NCBI GenBank assembly: GCA_963813135.1
Contig: CAWEXY010000018.1
Span: 31,509-95,508 of the forward strand
Length of the DNA: 64,000 bases
Origin: an uncultured Verrucomicrobiae bacterium
Lineage (GTDB): Bacteria; Chlamydiota; Chlamydiia; Chlamydiales; Rhabdochlamydiaceae
Reading direction: 5' to 3'
A model generated the notes under the pieces. The model ran no database searches and was not told the origin of the DNA. It was given only the letters and a program-made list of their open reading frames with translations. Positions 13,301 through 22,062 of the stretch are shown here, in pieces; the stretch's first letter is position 1, and each line of letters opens with the position of its first letter. The translations under genes and the position numbers were made by a program.

Positions 13301-14155
13301 TGGGTGGCGCCCTTTGGGGAATCGGACCATCAAAAGGGACGCGGGGAGAAAAAGGGATATCGGAGCCATTTTGCAGGGTTCACCGCGGCTATTGATGGAT
13401 TTTTCTCGAAGAAATGGATGGGCTCGGGCGGTTTTTCCTATGCTAAAAATCATATGCAGATCGGCCATGACGACACGCGCGCTAAAATGGATAACTATGC
13501 CGCGAATTTCGCGACCTTTTGGAAGGCTTCCCGGTTGTACGCCGATCTGCAGCTCGGATATCTCTACGCTCCTATCGAGGCTCACCGCCATATGAAGTTC
13601 AGCGTAGATACGCCATCTTTAACAGATTCTGTTGTTCTGAAGGCGCGCCATCATAACCAAGGACAAGAAATTTTAGGCCATGCAGGATTGGGGTATTCTA
13701 TACAGCTTGCCAAAAGTGCTACGACTACATGGAGGCTCTCTCCGTTCGTCGGAGCTGATTACCTCTACGTTTGGCAAAATAAATACCGTGAACATGGGGC
13801 ACAGAGTTTGAACCTGCGTGTGGGAAGACAGAAGACCGACTTGCTGCGCCCCGAAGCGGGTCTGGGGCTCGCTTACAGGCGTTGTTTTGAAAATAAACAA
13901 GTGGCGCTCGACCTCATGGCCAGTTATGTTCGGGAGGTGCGCTTTTTAGGAAAAGGCACCAGGGCTGGTTTTGAACATAGCTCGTGCACATTCCATTCCA
14001 GAGGGCTGCTTCCACAAAATGAGTTCATCACGACAACAGCAAGGCTCAAATTCGGCTCGCGCAATGGTGTATCGCTAGAACTGGGCTACCACGGAGAATA
14101 CGGCCCTCGCTTCACAGAATATGCAGGTGATATTCAGCTGATCAAAGCCTTCTGA
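10391..14155 (+). CDS. glycine-rich autotransporter with passenger-associated beta-strand repeats
   Basis: Signal peptide; FTVNTLND..SLRQAI..AN cap; long Gly-rich tract; GGLTK.G.G.L.L...N.YSG.T.V..GTL repeats; C-terminal beta-domain ending in Phe. Confidence 0.9.
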   Translation: MACAASKKKGIFHSLVCFSLLAGGPAHAASFTVNTLNDIINPVVGETSLRQAILGANDNGQASNTISFSVGGTITLGTPLPPIGPSITTIDTMGNTITLNGGGTYSGLFALPNNPGLTIQNTGGGGAPSFISSATASIGGNGAQGGTGAGGALGAGGGIFVGPNTNVTVDGLQFLSCRATGGNGGAATGDAGGAGGGGMSHGTGGIAAGPGSGGGGGGGFGGAGGTGNAGGAGGGGGINFAGGAGAVGQDAGGGGGGSDFQNGIAGVGSLGGNGGADFAGHPGGSGGAVGMPGTAGTFSSGGGGGGGDDFGNPGAGGNGGPLLGGFGGQAAPVDVTNAPGGGGVGGGGGGEAASGGAGGFSGGGGGAGFAENGIGGNGGFGGGGGAAGFGGGTGGFGGGGGGSGSQGHPGGSVYGGGSGGQGAPSAPGGGGGGAALGSAIFIAPGATLTFTNIPTISGSVAPTAGTGSHGGSAGLALGHDIFLASSGTINFNYSSGNFTIPSAIQSDQGAGGGSTSTGGLGMNGSGSLTLSGFANIYTGITTIAGGGTIIASADNNLGSTTHLASLSLNNGTLDETTGFASSRVVTLGSGGGTFQIDAGTGSLSGGISGSGGLTKTGAGILSLFSTNNYSGTTTVALGTLRINAVASYPTGGNLNITGSGATFDISPSAGGITIGDLNGVSGSIVTLGSNTLTFGTSTASTTFAGGISGLGGVTKQGSGTAIFSGTNTYSGPTTVSAGTLIVNGTIPNSTITVSSGATLGGTGTVQNVILNGTIAPGNSSIGTINAINITFNSGSDYALELNNTSSDLIAATGTVTINSGSSLTLIPRGLTAPQSAYTIITATGGVVNAGGFALSNSTPFNFSVVYDPNDVMLVFTGVKPFSPSGTAGKVANCFNQLAATQTASVIEILYILNAQTPSQQQDSFNQMQSPYYNNIAFAQENVAERIRQTFTDHLWEQILSVCPREKGWNFWVAPFGESDHQKGRGEKKGYRSHFAGFTAAIDGFFSKKWMGSGGFSYAKNHMQIGHDDTRAKMDNYAANFATFWKASRLYADLQLGYLYAPIEAHRHMKFSVDTPSLTDSVVLKARHHNQGQEILGHAGLGYSIQLAKSATTTWRLSPFVGADYLYVWQNKYREHGAQSLNLRVGRQKTDLLRPEAGLGLAYRRCFENKQVALDLMASYVREVRFLGKGTRAGFEHSSCTFHSRGLLPQNEFITTTARLKFGSRNGVSLELGYHGEYGPRFTEYAGDIQLIKAF

Positions 14156-14201
14156 TTTGCCAATGTATCCCTTTAACAGCCTTTCTCAACTTAAACCCCG
14201 C

Positions 14202-14816
14202 TTAAACGAAGCTGACGCCGCGGAGTCCTTGCTCCTCGGCCCATTCGATTTTGCCCATCAGCGTTGCTTCATCATCAAATGAGATCCAATCTCCCGTCTT
14301 AGGATTATAGAGGAACGATTGGAGCACCCCGTCAAGAGAGGTGTGGAAAAGACGCGCTTCGGGGTGCGCGAGAAGATAATGCTCGATTTGCAGGGGCGAC
14401 ATGCGGGGATGTTTCAACTGCTTCGTCCCGCAGGTTTCCCCCAGACCCGTCTCTTCGAGGCCCGGAGGAACATGCTTATAAATGTATCCGTAGGTGGCTA
14501 GGACGAGATTAATTTTTTGGGGATGGATGCCCTGTTCTTTGAGCTGCGTGAGGCCCCTCTCGATGCAAGGCCCTGTCTCATCAGCTAAAATAGTATGGAT
14601 GCAGGTCGGAAAATTTCTTTCAGGACGATGATAATCAAATCCCCACAGCTGATAAGCAGACACGAGCGGGTCGATCTCTTTGATGCGCGATAAATCGCTC
14701 TCTGGCGTAACCGTCAAACTGATTTCTAATTGACCGCGCGTGCGGATTTGGCGGCAAAGATCGCGAAGATAACCTGCAGGCAGGCCCTCGGGAGGAAGGT
14801 GAAGTGCTGGCTCCAT
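14202..14816 (-). CDS. GH18 (chitinase-like) C-terminal half, catalytic motif absent
   Basis: KINLVLATYGY, WISFDDEATLMGKIEWAEEQGLRGV resemble the GH18 C-terminal region; no DxDxE motif. Confidence 0.65.
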   Translation of the reverse strand: MEPALHLPPEGLPAGYLRDLCRQIRTRGQLEISLTVTPESDLSRIKEIDPLVSAYQLWGFDYHRPERNFPTCIHTILADETGPCIERGLTQLKEQGIHPQKINLVLATYGYIYKHVPPGLEETGLGETCGTKQLKHPRMSPLQIEHYLLAHPEARLFHTSLDGVLQSFLYNPKTGDWISFDDEATLMGKIEWAEEQGLRGVSFV

Positions 14817-14864
14817 AATTTTCTTTTACTGACGGGGCCAATAAAAAAAAAGCTCTAAAGAGGG

Positions 14865-14915
14865 ATTTTAACGCAAAGGCGCGCAAAAGATGCCTCAGCG
14901 TCTTTGCGTTAAAAT
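14865..14915. repeat. REP-like hairpin, family A (TTTTAACGCAAAG...CTTTGCGTTAAAA)
   Basis: Inverted arms visible; overlaps the stop codon of the SET gene; further copies at 18729, 21851, 52622, 52701. Confidence 0.85.
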
Positions 14916-15610
14916 TCTCGGATGAGTTTAAGAGACTTATCCAGTCGATATGTTTGCGGTGTGATAGGAACCGGTTTGATACCGAGCGCCGACCAGTAAG
15001 AATGATTTCCATCTCCATCATAGTTCACGAGCAGCTGCTCGCCCGGATGAATAGTTTTCTTTGCCATATAGATAACTTCGATAGGAGATCTTGCAAGGCC
15101 ATAAGAATTCGAGGGAATGGTAAAAAAATCGGCGACGATGTTGGGTTTCTCAGAATGGTTGATAAAGCGAGTAAAGTTTCCTTTTTTCAAACCATCGACT
15201 TGAAGAGCGTACAAACGCCGAGGATGATAGGCCCTGCCTTTGTCAAAACGCGCCTGCTGTTCTTTCGTGAGGGAGATATCGCAAAATGGCTCAAAAGCAT
15301 AAAGAGAATCGTCGAATCTATTTTGAGGGATAAGAAATATCTCTCCGGCATAGGGGGCGATAATTTGGCCTTTCAAGATCGGGTCGGCCTTCGGATGCAA
15401 AAAGATGCCATATCCCAGCCCCTTAGGCAGCTTCTTGCGCACGAGATTTTTAGGGAGGCCATGCTTTTTTATGGCTCGCGAGACCTCAGCGATTTCTTTC
15501 AACTCATTCTTAGTAGCCCGCAGGACATAGATGTTTTGCTGCCGAACTTCCCTTGAAGCAATCTTTATTATTTCTTTTGAAATAATCTGTCTTGGTAATC
15601 TGTAATTCAT
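14909..15610 (-). CDS. SET-domain protein-lysine methyltransferase (NUE-like)
   Basis: GLGYGIF, GNFTRFINHSEKPN and GEQLLVNY..YW SET motifs. Confidence 0.9.
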   Translation of the reverse strand: MNYRLPRQIISKEIIKIASREVRQQNIYVLRATKNELKEIAEVSRAIKKHGLPKNLVRKKLPKGLGYGIFLHPKADPILKGQIIAPYAGEIFLIPQNRFDDSLYAFEPFCDISLTKEQQARFDKGRAYHPRRLYALQVDGLKKGNFTRFINHSEKPNIVADFFTIPSNSYGLARSPIEVIYMAKKTIHPGEQLLVNYDGDGNHSYWSALGIKPVPITPQTYRLDKSLKLIREF

Positions 15611-15674
15611 GCATAAATTATAACCAAATTATGCATTTATATTAACAAAATATATACACCTAAAGATCAATGAC

Positions 15675-16894
15675 TTATAAATATGCAAAAGGCAGCGCCA
15701 TTACCTTGGGTTTCAGAGGCATCTGCAACTCCCCCAAATGGATCACATATCCATTTTCTGCCTTTTCTCCGACGTCGGCATAAAAGGAAAGAATATTATC
15801 TGCCATGGAAGGATTAGGAGTCGAGGTCGACTTTACCTCGATGGGTACGAATTTGTTTTGATCTTTAACTAAAATATCTACTTCTACACCAGTGGACGTT
15901 CTCCAAAAATACATTTCGGGATCTCGACCGCTATTGGAAATGCGCTTGACTATCTCCGATACAACAAACGTTTCTACCACGGCTCCCGCCATAGGGCCTG
16001 ACATCAAATGTTCGATGTCACGAAGCCCCGTTAAATAACAAAGAGTCCCAACATCGGTAAAATAAATCTTGGGGTCTTAACTAAGCGCTTATTAATATTG
16101 GCAAAATAAGGCCGAAGAATGATGATTTGGTAGGTGGCTTCTAAAATGGCAAGCCATGCTTTTATTGTATTGACCGCAACACCAATGTCTCGGGCAACAT
16201 CTGTTATTTGGAATAATTGGGCACTCCGCGCGGCAAGAGCTTTAAGAAACATCTGAAATTGTGTCAAATCGCCTATTTGACGCAAACCGCGAATGTCTCT
16301 TTCCAAGTATGTCTGAATATAACTTCCTTGCCAAAGAAGAGCATCTTTTTCTTTATGTTCAGCTAATTCGGGATAACAGCCTCGAAGCATCAATTTCCAA
16401 AAATTTTCAAGAGGCAAAGGATTGGAATTAGAAGCTGCGCCATCTCTTTCCCAGATGAAGGGCAAAGACGGTTGATTGATCATCTCAATATAAGAAAGAG
16501 GTAATAATCTTAACATCGCAGTACGGCCAGCTAAAGTTTCAGTAACCTGTTGCAATAGCAGAAGATTTTGCGATCCCGTCAAAATATATTGACCATACTT
16601 ATCTCTATTCGAATCGATTTTTTCTTTAATGTAGAAAAGCAAGTCGGGAGCATATTGTATTTCGTCAAAAATCACCGGCGGCGAATAAAGTTCAATGAAC
16701 CCTCGGGGATCCGCCACTGCTGCAGCCCTAATATCGGGGGCCTCTAGAGAAAGGTACCGATAAGAGTCGGAAAATAGATGTTTTAAAAGGGTTGTTTTGC
16801 CTGCTTGACGAGGGCCTGTAAGGACGACTGCAGGAAATTCTTTAACTGCTTTTTTCAGCACAGGCTCGATAGAACGCTTGATATATGGACTCAT
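15675..16894 (-). pseudogene. AAA+ ATPase / DUF4143 protein, frameshifted near 16070
   Basis: GPRQAGKT, FDEIQ, ILTGS; adding one base after KRLVKTP restores KIYFTDVG and joins the 15675-16007 ORF (YFWRT...EVD...IEVK); may be a sequencing error. Confidence 0.85.
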
Positions 16895-16895
16895 T

Positions 16896-16930
16896 CTTGC
16901 AATTTTGCATTTGAAATGCAAAATTGCAAG
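16896..16930. promoter_or_regulatory. perfect 17-bp-arm palindrome upstream of the AAA/DUF4143 start
   Basis: CTTGCAATTTTGCATTT-G-AAATGCAAAATTGCAAG. Confidence 0.6.
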
Positions 16931-17021
16931 GGAAAATATAAGTAGCTGGTTTTTAGCTAGTTGCAAGACCCTATTGGGATAATATTTTCCTTTATTCCAA
17001 GAGTTTGATACAACGTCACAC

Positions 17022-17711
17022 ATGCATGAATCGTGGAAGATGTTCAACGCCATCTCGCCCACCTATGATCTGACCAATAGGATCTTATCGCTGGGCATCG
17101 ATCAATGGTGGCGCAAAAAGGTAGCTCGCTTTTTGCCGAACCGTGAAGGCATCGCTCTTCTCGATGTCGCCACAGGGACAGGCGATCAACTCTTCGCTCT
17201 CATGGACAAATCTAAAAATATTTCCCAAGCCATCGGCGTCGACCCCGCTATTGACATGCTCCACATCGCCGAAGAAAAAAATAAGCATAAACCTTATCGT
17301 TTTCGCACGCAGTGGAAACAAGCGAGCGCAGAAGCCCTGCCATTTGTCGATCATTCGTTCGACGCTGCTACCATATCGTTCGGCATCCGCAATGTTCCGG
17401 ATCCCGTCGTTGCTATGAAAGAAATCCGCCGCGTCCTGAAAAAAGAAGGAGCTCTTCTCGTTTTAGAGTTTTCGATGCCTAGCATTAAATGGCTGCATGC
17501 GGCGCATCTTTGGTATTTGCGAAAAGTGTTGCCCAAAGTCGGCGGGCTTATTTCTAGAAATCCTGACGCCTATCGATATCTCAATACGACGATCGAAGCC
17601 TTTCCAAGCGGCCGCGCTTTTTGCGCCCTGATGGAAGAGGCCGGATTTAAAGAAGTAAAGGCCCATCCTCTGACGGGCGGCATCGTCACCCTTTACCAGG
17701 GGATTAAATGA
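17022..17711 (+). CDS. menG: demethylmenaquinone methyltransferase (UbiE/MenG)
   Basis: YDLTNRILSLG, LDVATGTGD, ISFGIRNV, AYRYL motifs; heads the men cluster. Confidence 0.93.
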   Translation: MHESWKMFNAISPTYDLTNRILSLGIDQWWRKKVARFLPNREGIALLDVATGTGDQLFALMDKSKNISQAIGVDPAIDMLHIAEEKNKHKPYRFRTQWKQASAEALPFVDHSFDAATISFGIRNVPDPVVAMKEIRRVLKKEGALLVLEFSMPSIKWLHAAHLWYLRKVLPKVGGLISRNPDAYRYLNTTIEAFPSGRAFCALMEEAGFKEVKAHPLTGGIVTLYQGIK

Positions 17712-18712
17712 CGGATATTCTTCATTGGCTCTCTGACCAGAAGGAATATCCCAAATTCTTTTTCCGCGATCGCGACACCGGCAAAAATCTTGCAGCAGCA
17801 GGGGCAAAAGATATCCTCGAAAAAATCCCTGCGAACCCCCAAACACTCTATGTGGGCGCCTGCCGTTTTTCAGGTTCTGGTCTTTTTTTTGCTCCCAAGC
17901 ACATCCACGAAGATAACGGCACTATTGCACCTAAAAATCTCCCGATCTCTTTTGAATCGAGAAAAGATCTTCCCTCTAAAAAGTCTTGGGTAGAACTAGT
18001 AGAACAAGCTCTCAGCCGCATTCAGGAGAAATGCTTTGATAAAGTTGTCCTCGCCCGGCAGACAACCCTTCACTTACGTCGGCCCGTCGATCCCTATTCT
18101 CTCCTGCGCTACCTCTGCAATAATACTAAGCGGGCCGCCTGTTTTCTCCTCGAGACGGCGCCGGACCATGCCTTTGTCGGAGCCACACCTGAAAAGCTCT
18201 ACACACGGGAAGGAAAAAAGATTATCGTCGATGCCCTTGCAGGGACGACTCCCCTGGGGGAAAAAGAACGCAGGGAATTCGAATTTGTAAAAAAGTTCAT
18301 CGAGGAGAGCCTCGCGCCCTATTGTGAAACGTTCAACTGGGAAGAGGATCGGGTTTTAGAAACCACTCGGATGCAACACTTTTTTAACAGGTTTTTGGCA
18401 ACATTGCGCAAGTGTGTTTCAGATGCGGACCTGGTGGCCCTTTTGCATCCGACGCCTGCCATGGCGGGCCTTCCGCAAAAAGAAGCCCTGGAACACTTGA
18501 AGAAACACGAGCCATTCGAGCGCGGGTGGTATGCGTCGCCCTTGGGGTGGATTTCTCCGGATAGCGCAAATATCGCCGTAGGCATAAGATCTGCTCTGAT
18601 TACACCTAGTGAGCTGCAACTTTTTGCGGGGGCCGGCATCGTAGAAGGATCCGATCCTGAGAAAGAATGGAACGAACTAGAACTCAAAATAAGCCAGTAT
18701 GTGAAAGCATGA
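17708..18712 (+). CDS. menF: isochorismate synthase
   Basis: KVVLAR, GATPEKL, LHPTPAMAG, ERGWYA, FAGAGIV..S.PE.EW.E..K. Confidence 0.9.
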   Translation: MTDILHWLSDQKEYPKFFFRDRDTGKNLAAAGAKDILEKIPANPQTLYVGACRFSGSGLFFAPKHIHEDNGTIAPKNLPISFESRKDLPSKKSWVELVEQALSRIQEKCFDKVVLARQTTLHLRRPVDPYSLLRYLCNNTKRAACFLLETAPDHAFVGATPEKLYTREGKKIIVDALAGTTPLGEKERREFEFVKKFIEESLAPYCETFNWEEDRVLETTRMQHFFNRFLATLRKCVSDADLVALLHPTPAMAGLPQKEALEHLKKHEPFERGWYASPLGWISPDSANIAVGIRSALITPSELQLFAGAGIVEGSDPEKEWNELELKISQYVKA

Positions 18713-18728
18713 AGAAATTAAACCAAAA

Positions 18729-18796
18729 GATTTTTAACGCAAAGACGCAAAGGCGCAAAAGGTCCTTGGCGCCCTTGCGCCTTTGCGTTAAAAATC
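18729..18796. repeat. REP-like hairpin, family A, between menF and menD
   Basis: GATTTTTAACGCAAAGACGCAAAGGCGC...GCGCCCTTGCGCCTTTGCGTTAAAAATC. Confidence 0.9.
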
Positions 18797-18818
18797 ACTT
18801 TTCCCCCACGGAGACACT

Positions 18819-20492
18819 ATGAACGAACGATTTGCCAAACGGATCATCGATACGCTTCTCGAACACGGCGTGCGCCGCTTTTGCCTTTCGCCCGGCTCAC
18901 GCTCAACACCGCTTGCCTACGCCATCGCCCACGAGGAGCGGGCCGAGGTTTTAGTCCACTTCGACGAACGGGGCATGGCATTCCATGCGTTTGGATTTGC
19001 CAAAGGGGCCAAAGAGCCGGTCGCCCTCTTAGTCACATCAGGATCCGCAGTCGGCAACCTGATGCCCGCGGTCATGGAAGCCTCCGCAGAAGGCATCCCT
19101 CTCATTATACTCACAGCGGACCGCCCTCCTGAGCTGCGCGATTGCGGAGCGAATCAATCCTGCGACCAAGTCAAAATTTTCGGCGCCTATGTCCGCTGGA
19201 GCTGCGATCTCCCCTGTCCTGACAGCGCCCTCCCCGATAGCTATCTCGGGTCCACTGTTGCTTATGCTGTCCACCAGGCCGTCCGCCTAAAAGGCCCTGT
19301 TCATTTAAATTGCATGTTCCGCGAGCCATTTTTTAGCAGCGTTTCTTTGGTCAGCCGCACGTCCACTGTGTATGAAGAGCCCAGCTCAGCACTTCCTCCT
19401 TCAACGATCGAAAAATGGGCGCGTATTCTGACCCAAGCCGAAAATGGCGTGATCATCGTGGGAGCGCAAACCTCTCCCCGCTCGCTAAAATCTATTTTGG
19501 CCCTTGCCGAAAACCTCCAATGGCCCGTTTTACCCGACATCCTCTCAGGCATCCGCTCAGAGCAATCCCATCCTGCAGTGATCCCCTACTATGATGCCCT
19601 CCTCAAAATCGCCCACCATCTCAAGCCCGATTTGATCCTTCATCTGGGCGATCGGATTGTCTCCAAACCTCTCGCAGAGTGGATCTCGAAAAGCCAGCCC
19701 TCTATCTATGCCCTCGTCGCCGATCATTCGTGGCGCTATGATTTCTATCATATGCTCACACACCGGCTGGAATACGACCCGATCCTCTTTGCCGAGCAAA
19801 TCCTCCCGCATGTCGGACGGCGCCCATCTTGGCTAGAAACGTGGAAAGTTTACAGCGACGCCATCGAAAATCACATCGACACCGCCATTAAACCTCTCAC
19901 GGAGCCCGGCGTCATCCGCTACATTCAGCACCACCTTCCTGCCCACTATGCACTATTTTTAGCCAATAGCATGCCGATCCGTGATGCGGACCAATTTTTC
20001 TTCCCCCGGTTTTTCAGGGGGCCCATCCTCGGAAAGCGAGGCCTCTCCGGCATCGATGGCAATATCGCCACGGCCATCGGCATCGCGGAAGGAGCTCAAC
20101 GGCCAACGCTTGCGATCATGGGAGACCTCACAGCGCTGCATGATATCAACTCCCTCGCGCAAATCACGAAAGCGCGCCATCCCGTCATCTTCCTCGTCAT
20201 CAATAACGGCGGCGGCGGCATCTTCCACTTCCTTCCCGTCGCGGAAAAAAAAGACTTCTTCGAAGAATACATGGCCGGCGCCCACGCTTGGACCTTTGAA
20301 AAAGCGGCCGAGATGTTCGATATTCCCTATACGTGCATCGAAGATTTTTCCAGTGTTGCCAAAGCCCTGCGCGATGAAAAATCGTGCATCCTCGAATTCC
20401 GAACGGACCGAGCGGAAAACCTCCTCATCCACCGTCAAATCCACGAAGAGCTCAAAACATGCTGCGCCTCGCTTTCCTCCATGGTTTCTTAG
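18819..20492 (+). CDS. menD: SEPHCHC synthase
   Basis: SPGSRSTPL, FDER, TADRPPEL, GPVHLN, RGLSGIDG, GDL..LHD, NNGGGGIF. Confidence 0.96.
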   Translation: MNERFAKRIIDTLLEHGVRRFCLSPGSRSTPLAYAIAHEERAEVLVHFDERGMAFHAFGFAKGAKEPVALLVTSGSAVGNLMPAVMEASAEGIPLIILTADRPPELRDCGANQSCDQVKIFGAYVRWSCDLPCPDSALPDSYLGSTVAYAVHQAVRLKGPVHLNCMFREPFFSSVSLVSRTSTVYEEPSSALPPSTIEKWARILTQAENGVIIVGAQTSPRSLKSILALAENLQWPVLPDILSGIRSEQSHPAVIPYYDALLKIAHHLKPDLILHLGDRIVSKPLAEWISKSQPSIYALVADHSWRYDFYHMLTHRLEYDPILFAEQILPHVGRRPSWLETWKVYSDAIENHIDTAIKPLTEPGVIRYIQHHLPAHYALFLANSMPIRDADQFFFPRFFRGPILGKRGLSGIDGNIATAIGIAEGAQRPTLAIMGDLTALHDINSLAQITKARHPVIFLVINNGGGGIFHFLPVAEKKDFFEEYMAGAHAWTFEKAAEMFDIPYTCIEDFSSVAKALRDEKSCILEFRTDRAENLLIHRQIHEELKTCCASLSSMVS

Positions 20493-21064
20493 GCGATAAA
20501 GAAGATTGGGCAGATGTCATCTCCCGCTTGCAAGATTATTCATGCACGGCCCTCGACTATCCCTTTGTTGTGCCCGAGGACGCTATCGCCATAGGGTACT
20601 CGATGGGCGGACGCATCGCCCTTTCCCTTCCCCAGCCTAAAATCGTCATCTCCGCTCATGTAGGACTGACATCTGGTCATGAAGAGAGAAAAATATGGGA
20701 AGATCATTGGCTGCACAGGCTGCAAGCACTCCCCTACGAAGAATTTGTGCGCCTCTGGTACGCACAGCCGCTTTTTGCCTCTTTCGACGCGCCTCTAAAG
20801 CGGCGCCTTGCTCAAGCCCCTGAAAAAGCCCTCGAACAATTTGAGAACCATAGATTATCGAAGCAGCCTCTGCTCTTGCCCCAAAACGCCTACTATATTT
20901 ACGGCGAGCAAGATAAAAAATATGACGATCTCTATAATCAGTTTTCGTTAAACGCCATCGCCATACCCAGGAGCGGACATGTCTGTCATATCGAAAATCC
21001 CGAAGAGTGCGCAAGAGCCATCCGAAGCCACTTGGGAACCATCCAAAACTTACACCGATATTAA
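20459..21064 (+). CDS. menH: SHCHC synthase (alpha/beta hydrolase)
   Basis: [29 protein letters not shown]; lies between menD and menB. Confidence 0.85.
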   Translation: MLRLAFLHGFLGDKEDWADVISRLQDYSCTALDYPFVVPEDAIAIGYSMGGRIALSLPQPKIVISAHVGLTSGHEERKIWEDHWLHRLQALPYEEFVRLWYAQPLFASFDAPLKRRLAQAPEKALEQFENHRLSKQPLLLPQNAYYIYGEQDKKYDDLYNQFSLNAIAIPRSGHVCHIENPEECARAIRSHLGTIQNLHRY

Positions 21065-21839
21065 ATACCACAAACGGCCCGGCATCGCGAAGATCACGAT
21101 CAACCGGCCCCAGGTGCGCAATGCCTTCCGCCCCCTCACTGTGTCCGAAATGATGGACGCCCTCGAAGACGCCCGCAATGACAATGACATCGGCGTCATC
21201 CTCCTCACCGGCGAAGGAAAAGAAGCCTTTTGCTCCGGCGGCGATCAAAATATCCGCGGAGCTGCCGGCTATCGCGATACCGCTGGCACAGAGCGGCTCA
21301 ACGTCCTGGATTTTCAGCGGCAAATCCGCACCTGCCCCAAGCCCGTCATCGCCATGGTCGCCGGCTTTGCGATCGGCGGCGGACACGTCCTGCACGTCGT
21401 GTGCGATCTTACTATCGCCGCAGACAATGCCATTTTCGGGCAAGTCGGGCCTAAAGTCGGCTCGTTCGATGGCGGCTTCGGCTCCAGCTACCTCGCACGC
21501 ATCGTCGGTCAGAAAAAAGCCCGCGAGATCTGGTTCCTGTGCCGGCGCTACAACGCTAAGCAAGCCCTCGACATGGGCCTCGTCAACGCCGTTGTCCCCT
21601 ACGAAGAACTCGAACCCACCGCACTCCAATGGTGCGCGGAAATCCTGCAGCACTCTCCCATCGCCCTCCGCTGCCTAAAATCGGCCCTCAATGCCGACTG
21701 CGACGGACAAGCGGGGCTGCAAGAACTAGCCGGCAACGCCACCATGCTTTTTTACATGACCGAAGAGGGCCAAGAAGGCCACCGCGCCTTCCTGGAAAAA
21801 CGCCCTCCCAACTTTAAACAATTTCCGAAGAGGCCATGA
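20979..21839 (+). CDS. menB: 1,4-dihydroxy-2-naphthoyl-CoA synthase
   Basis: [37 protein letters not shown]. Confidence 0.97.
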   Translation: MSVISKIPKSAQEPSEATWEPSKTYTDIKYHKRPGIAKITINRPQVRNAFRPLTVSEMMDALEDARNDNDIGVILLTGEGKEAFCSGGDQNIRGAAGYRDTAGTERLNVLDFQRQIRTCPKPVIAMVAGFAIGGGHVLHVVCDLTIAADNAIFGQVGPKVGSFDGGFGSSYLARIVGQKKAREIWFLCRRYNAKQALDMGLVNAVVPYEELEPTALQWCAEILQHSPIALRCLKSALNADCDGQAGLQELAGNATMLFYMTEEGQEGHRAFLEKRPPNFKQFPKRP

Positions 21840-21920
21840 AGAAAGAAGAGAATTTCAACGCAAAGACGCAAAAAAACTTAGCAACTCCCCAACTTGTAAG
21901 TAGCTCGATGAAAGAAATCT

Positions 21921-22005
21921 ACCACAGAGGTCACAGAGAGCACAGAGGGGGAAAAGAAGCAGCTCTTTTCTCTTCTTCCTCTGTGCTCTCTGTGACCTCT
22001 GTGGT
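21921..22005. repeat. REP-like hairpin, family B (ACCACAGAG...CTCTGTGGT)
   Basis: Perfect 28-bp arms ACCACAGAGGTCACAGAGAGCACAGAGG / CCTCTGTGCTCTCTGTGACCTCTGTGGT; a half copy of family A lies at 21851-21870. Confidence 0.9.
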
Positions 22006-22062
22006 GGTTAATTCTCCGGATTCAGTTGTCTTTCAGATATCGGGATAAAAGGAGAATTAAAT

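Noticed and set aside
14865..18796. Integron attC sites (TAAC...GTTA hairpins)
   Set aside because: Ends do not fit RYYYAAC/GTTRRRY well, arms lack the typical extrahelical bases, copies lie between housekeeping genes, and no intI is present
21836..22048. 70-aa ORF after menB
   Set aside because: Consists mostly of translated REP hairpins (NAKTQ, HRGHREHR, SVLSVTSVV)
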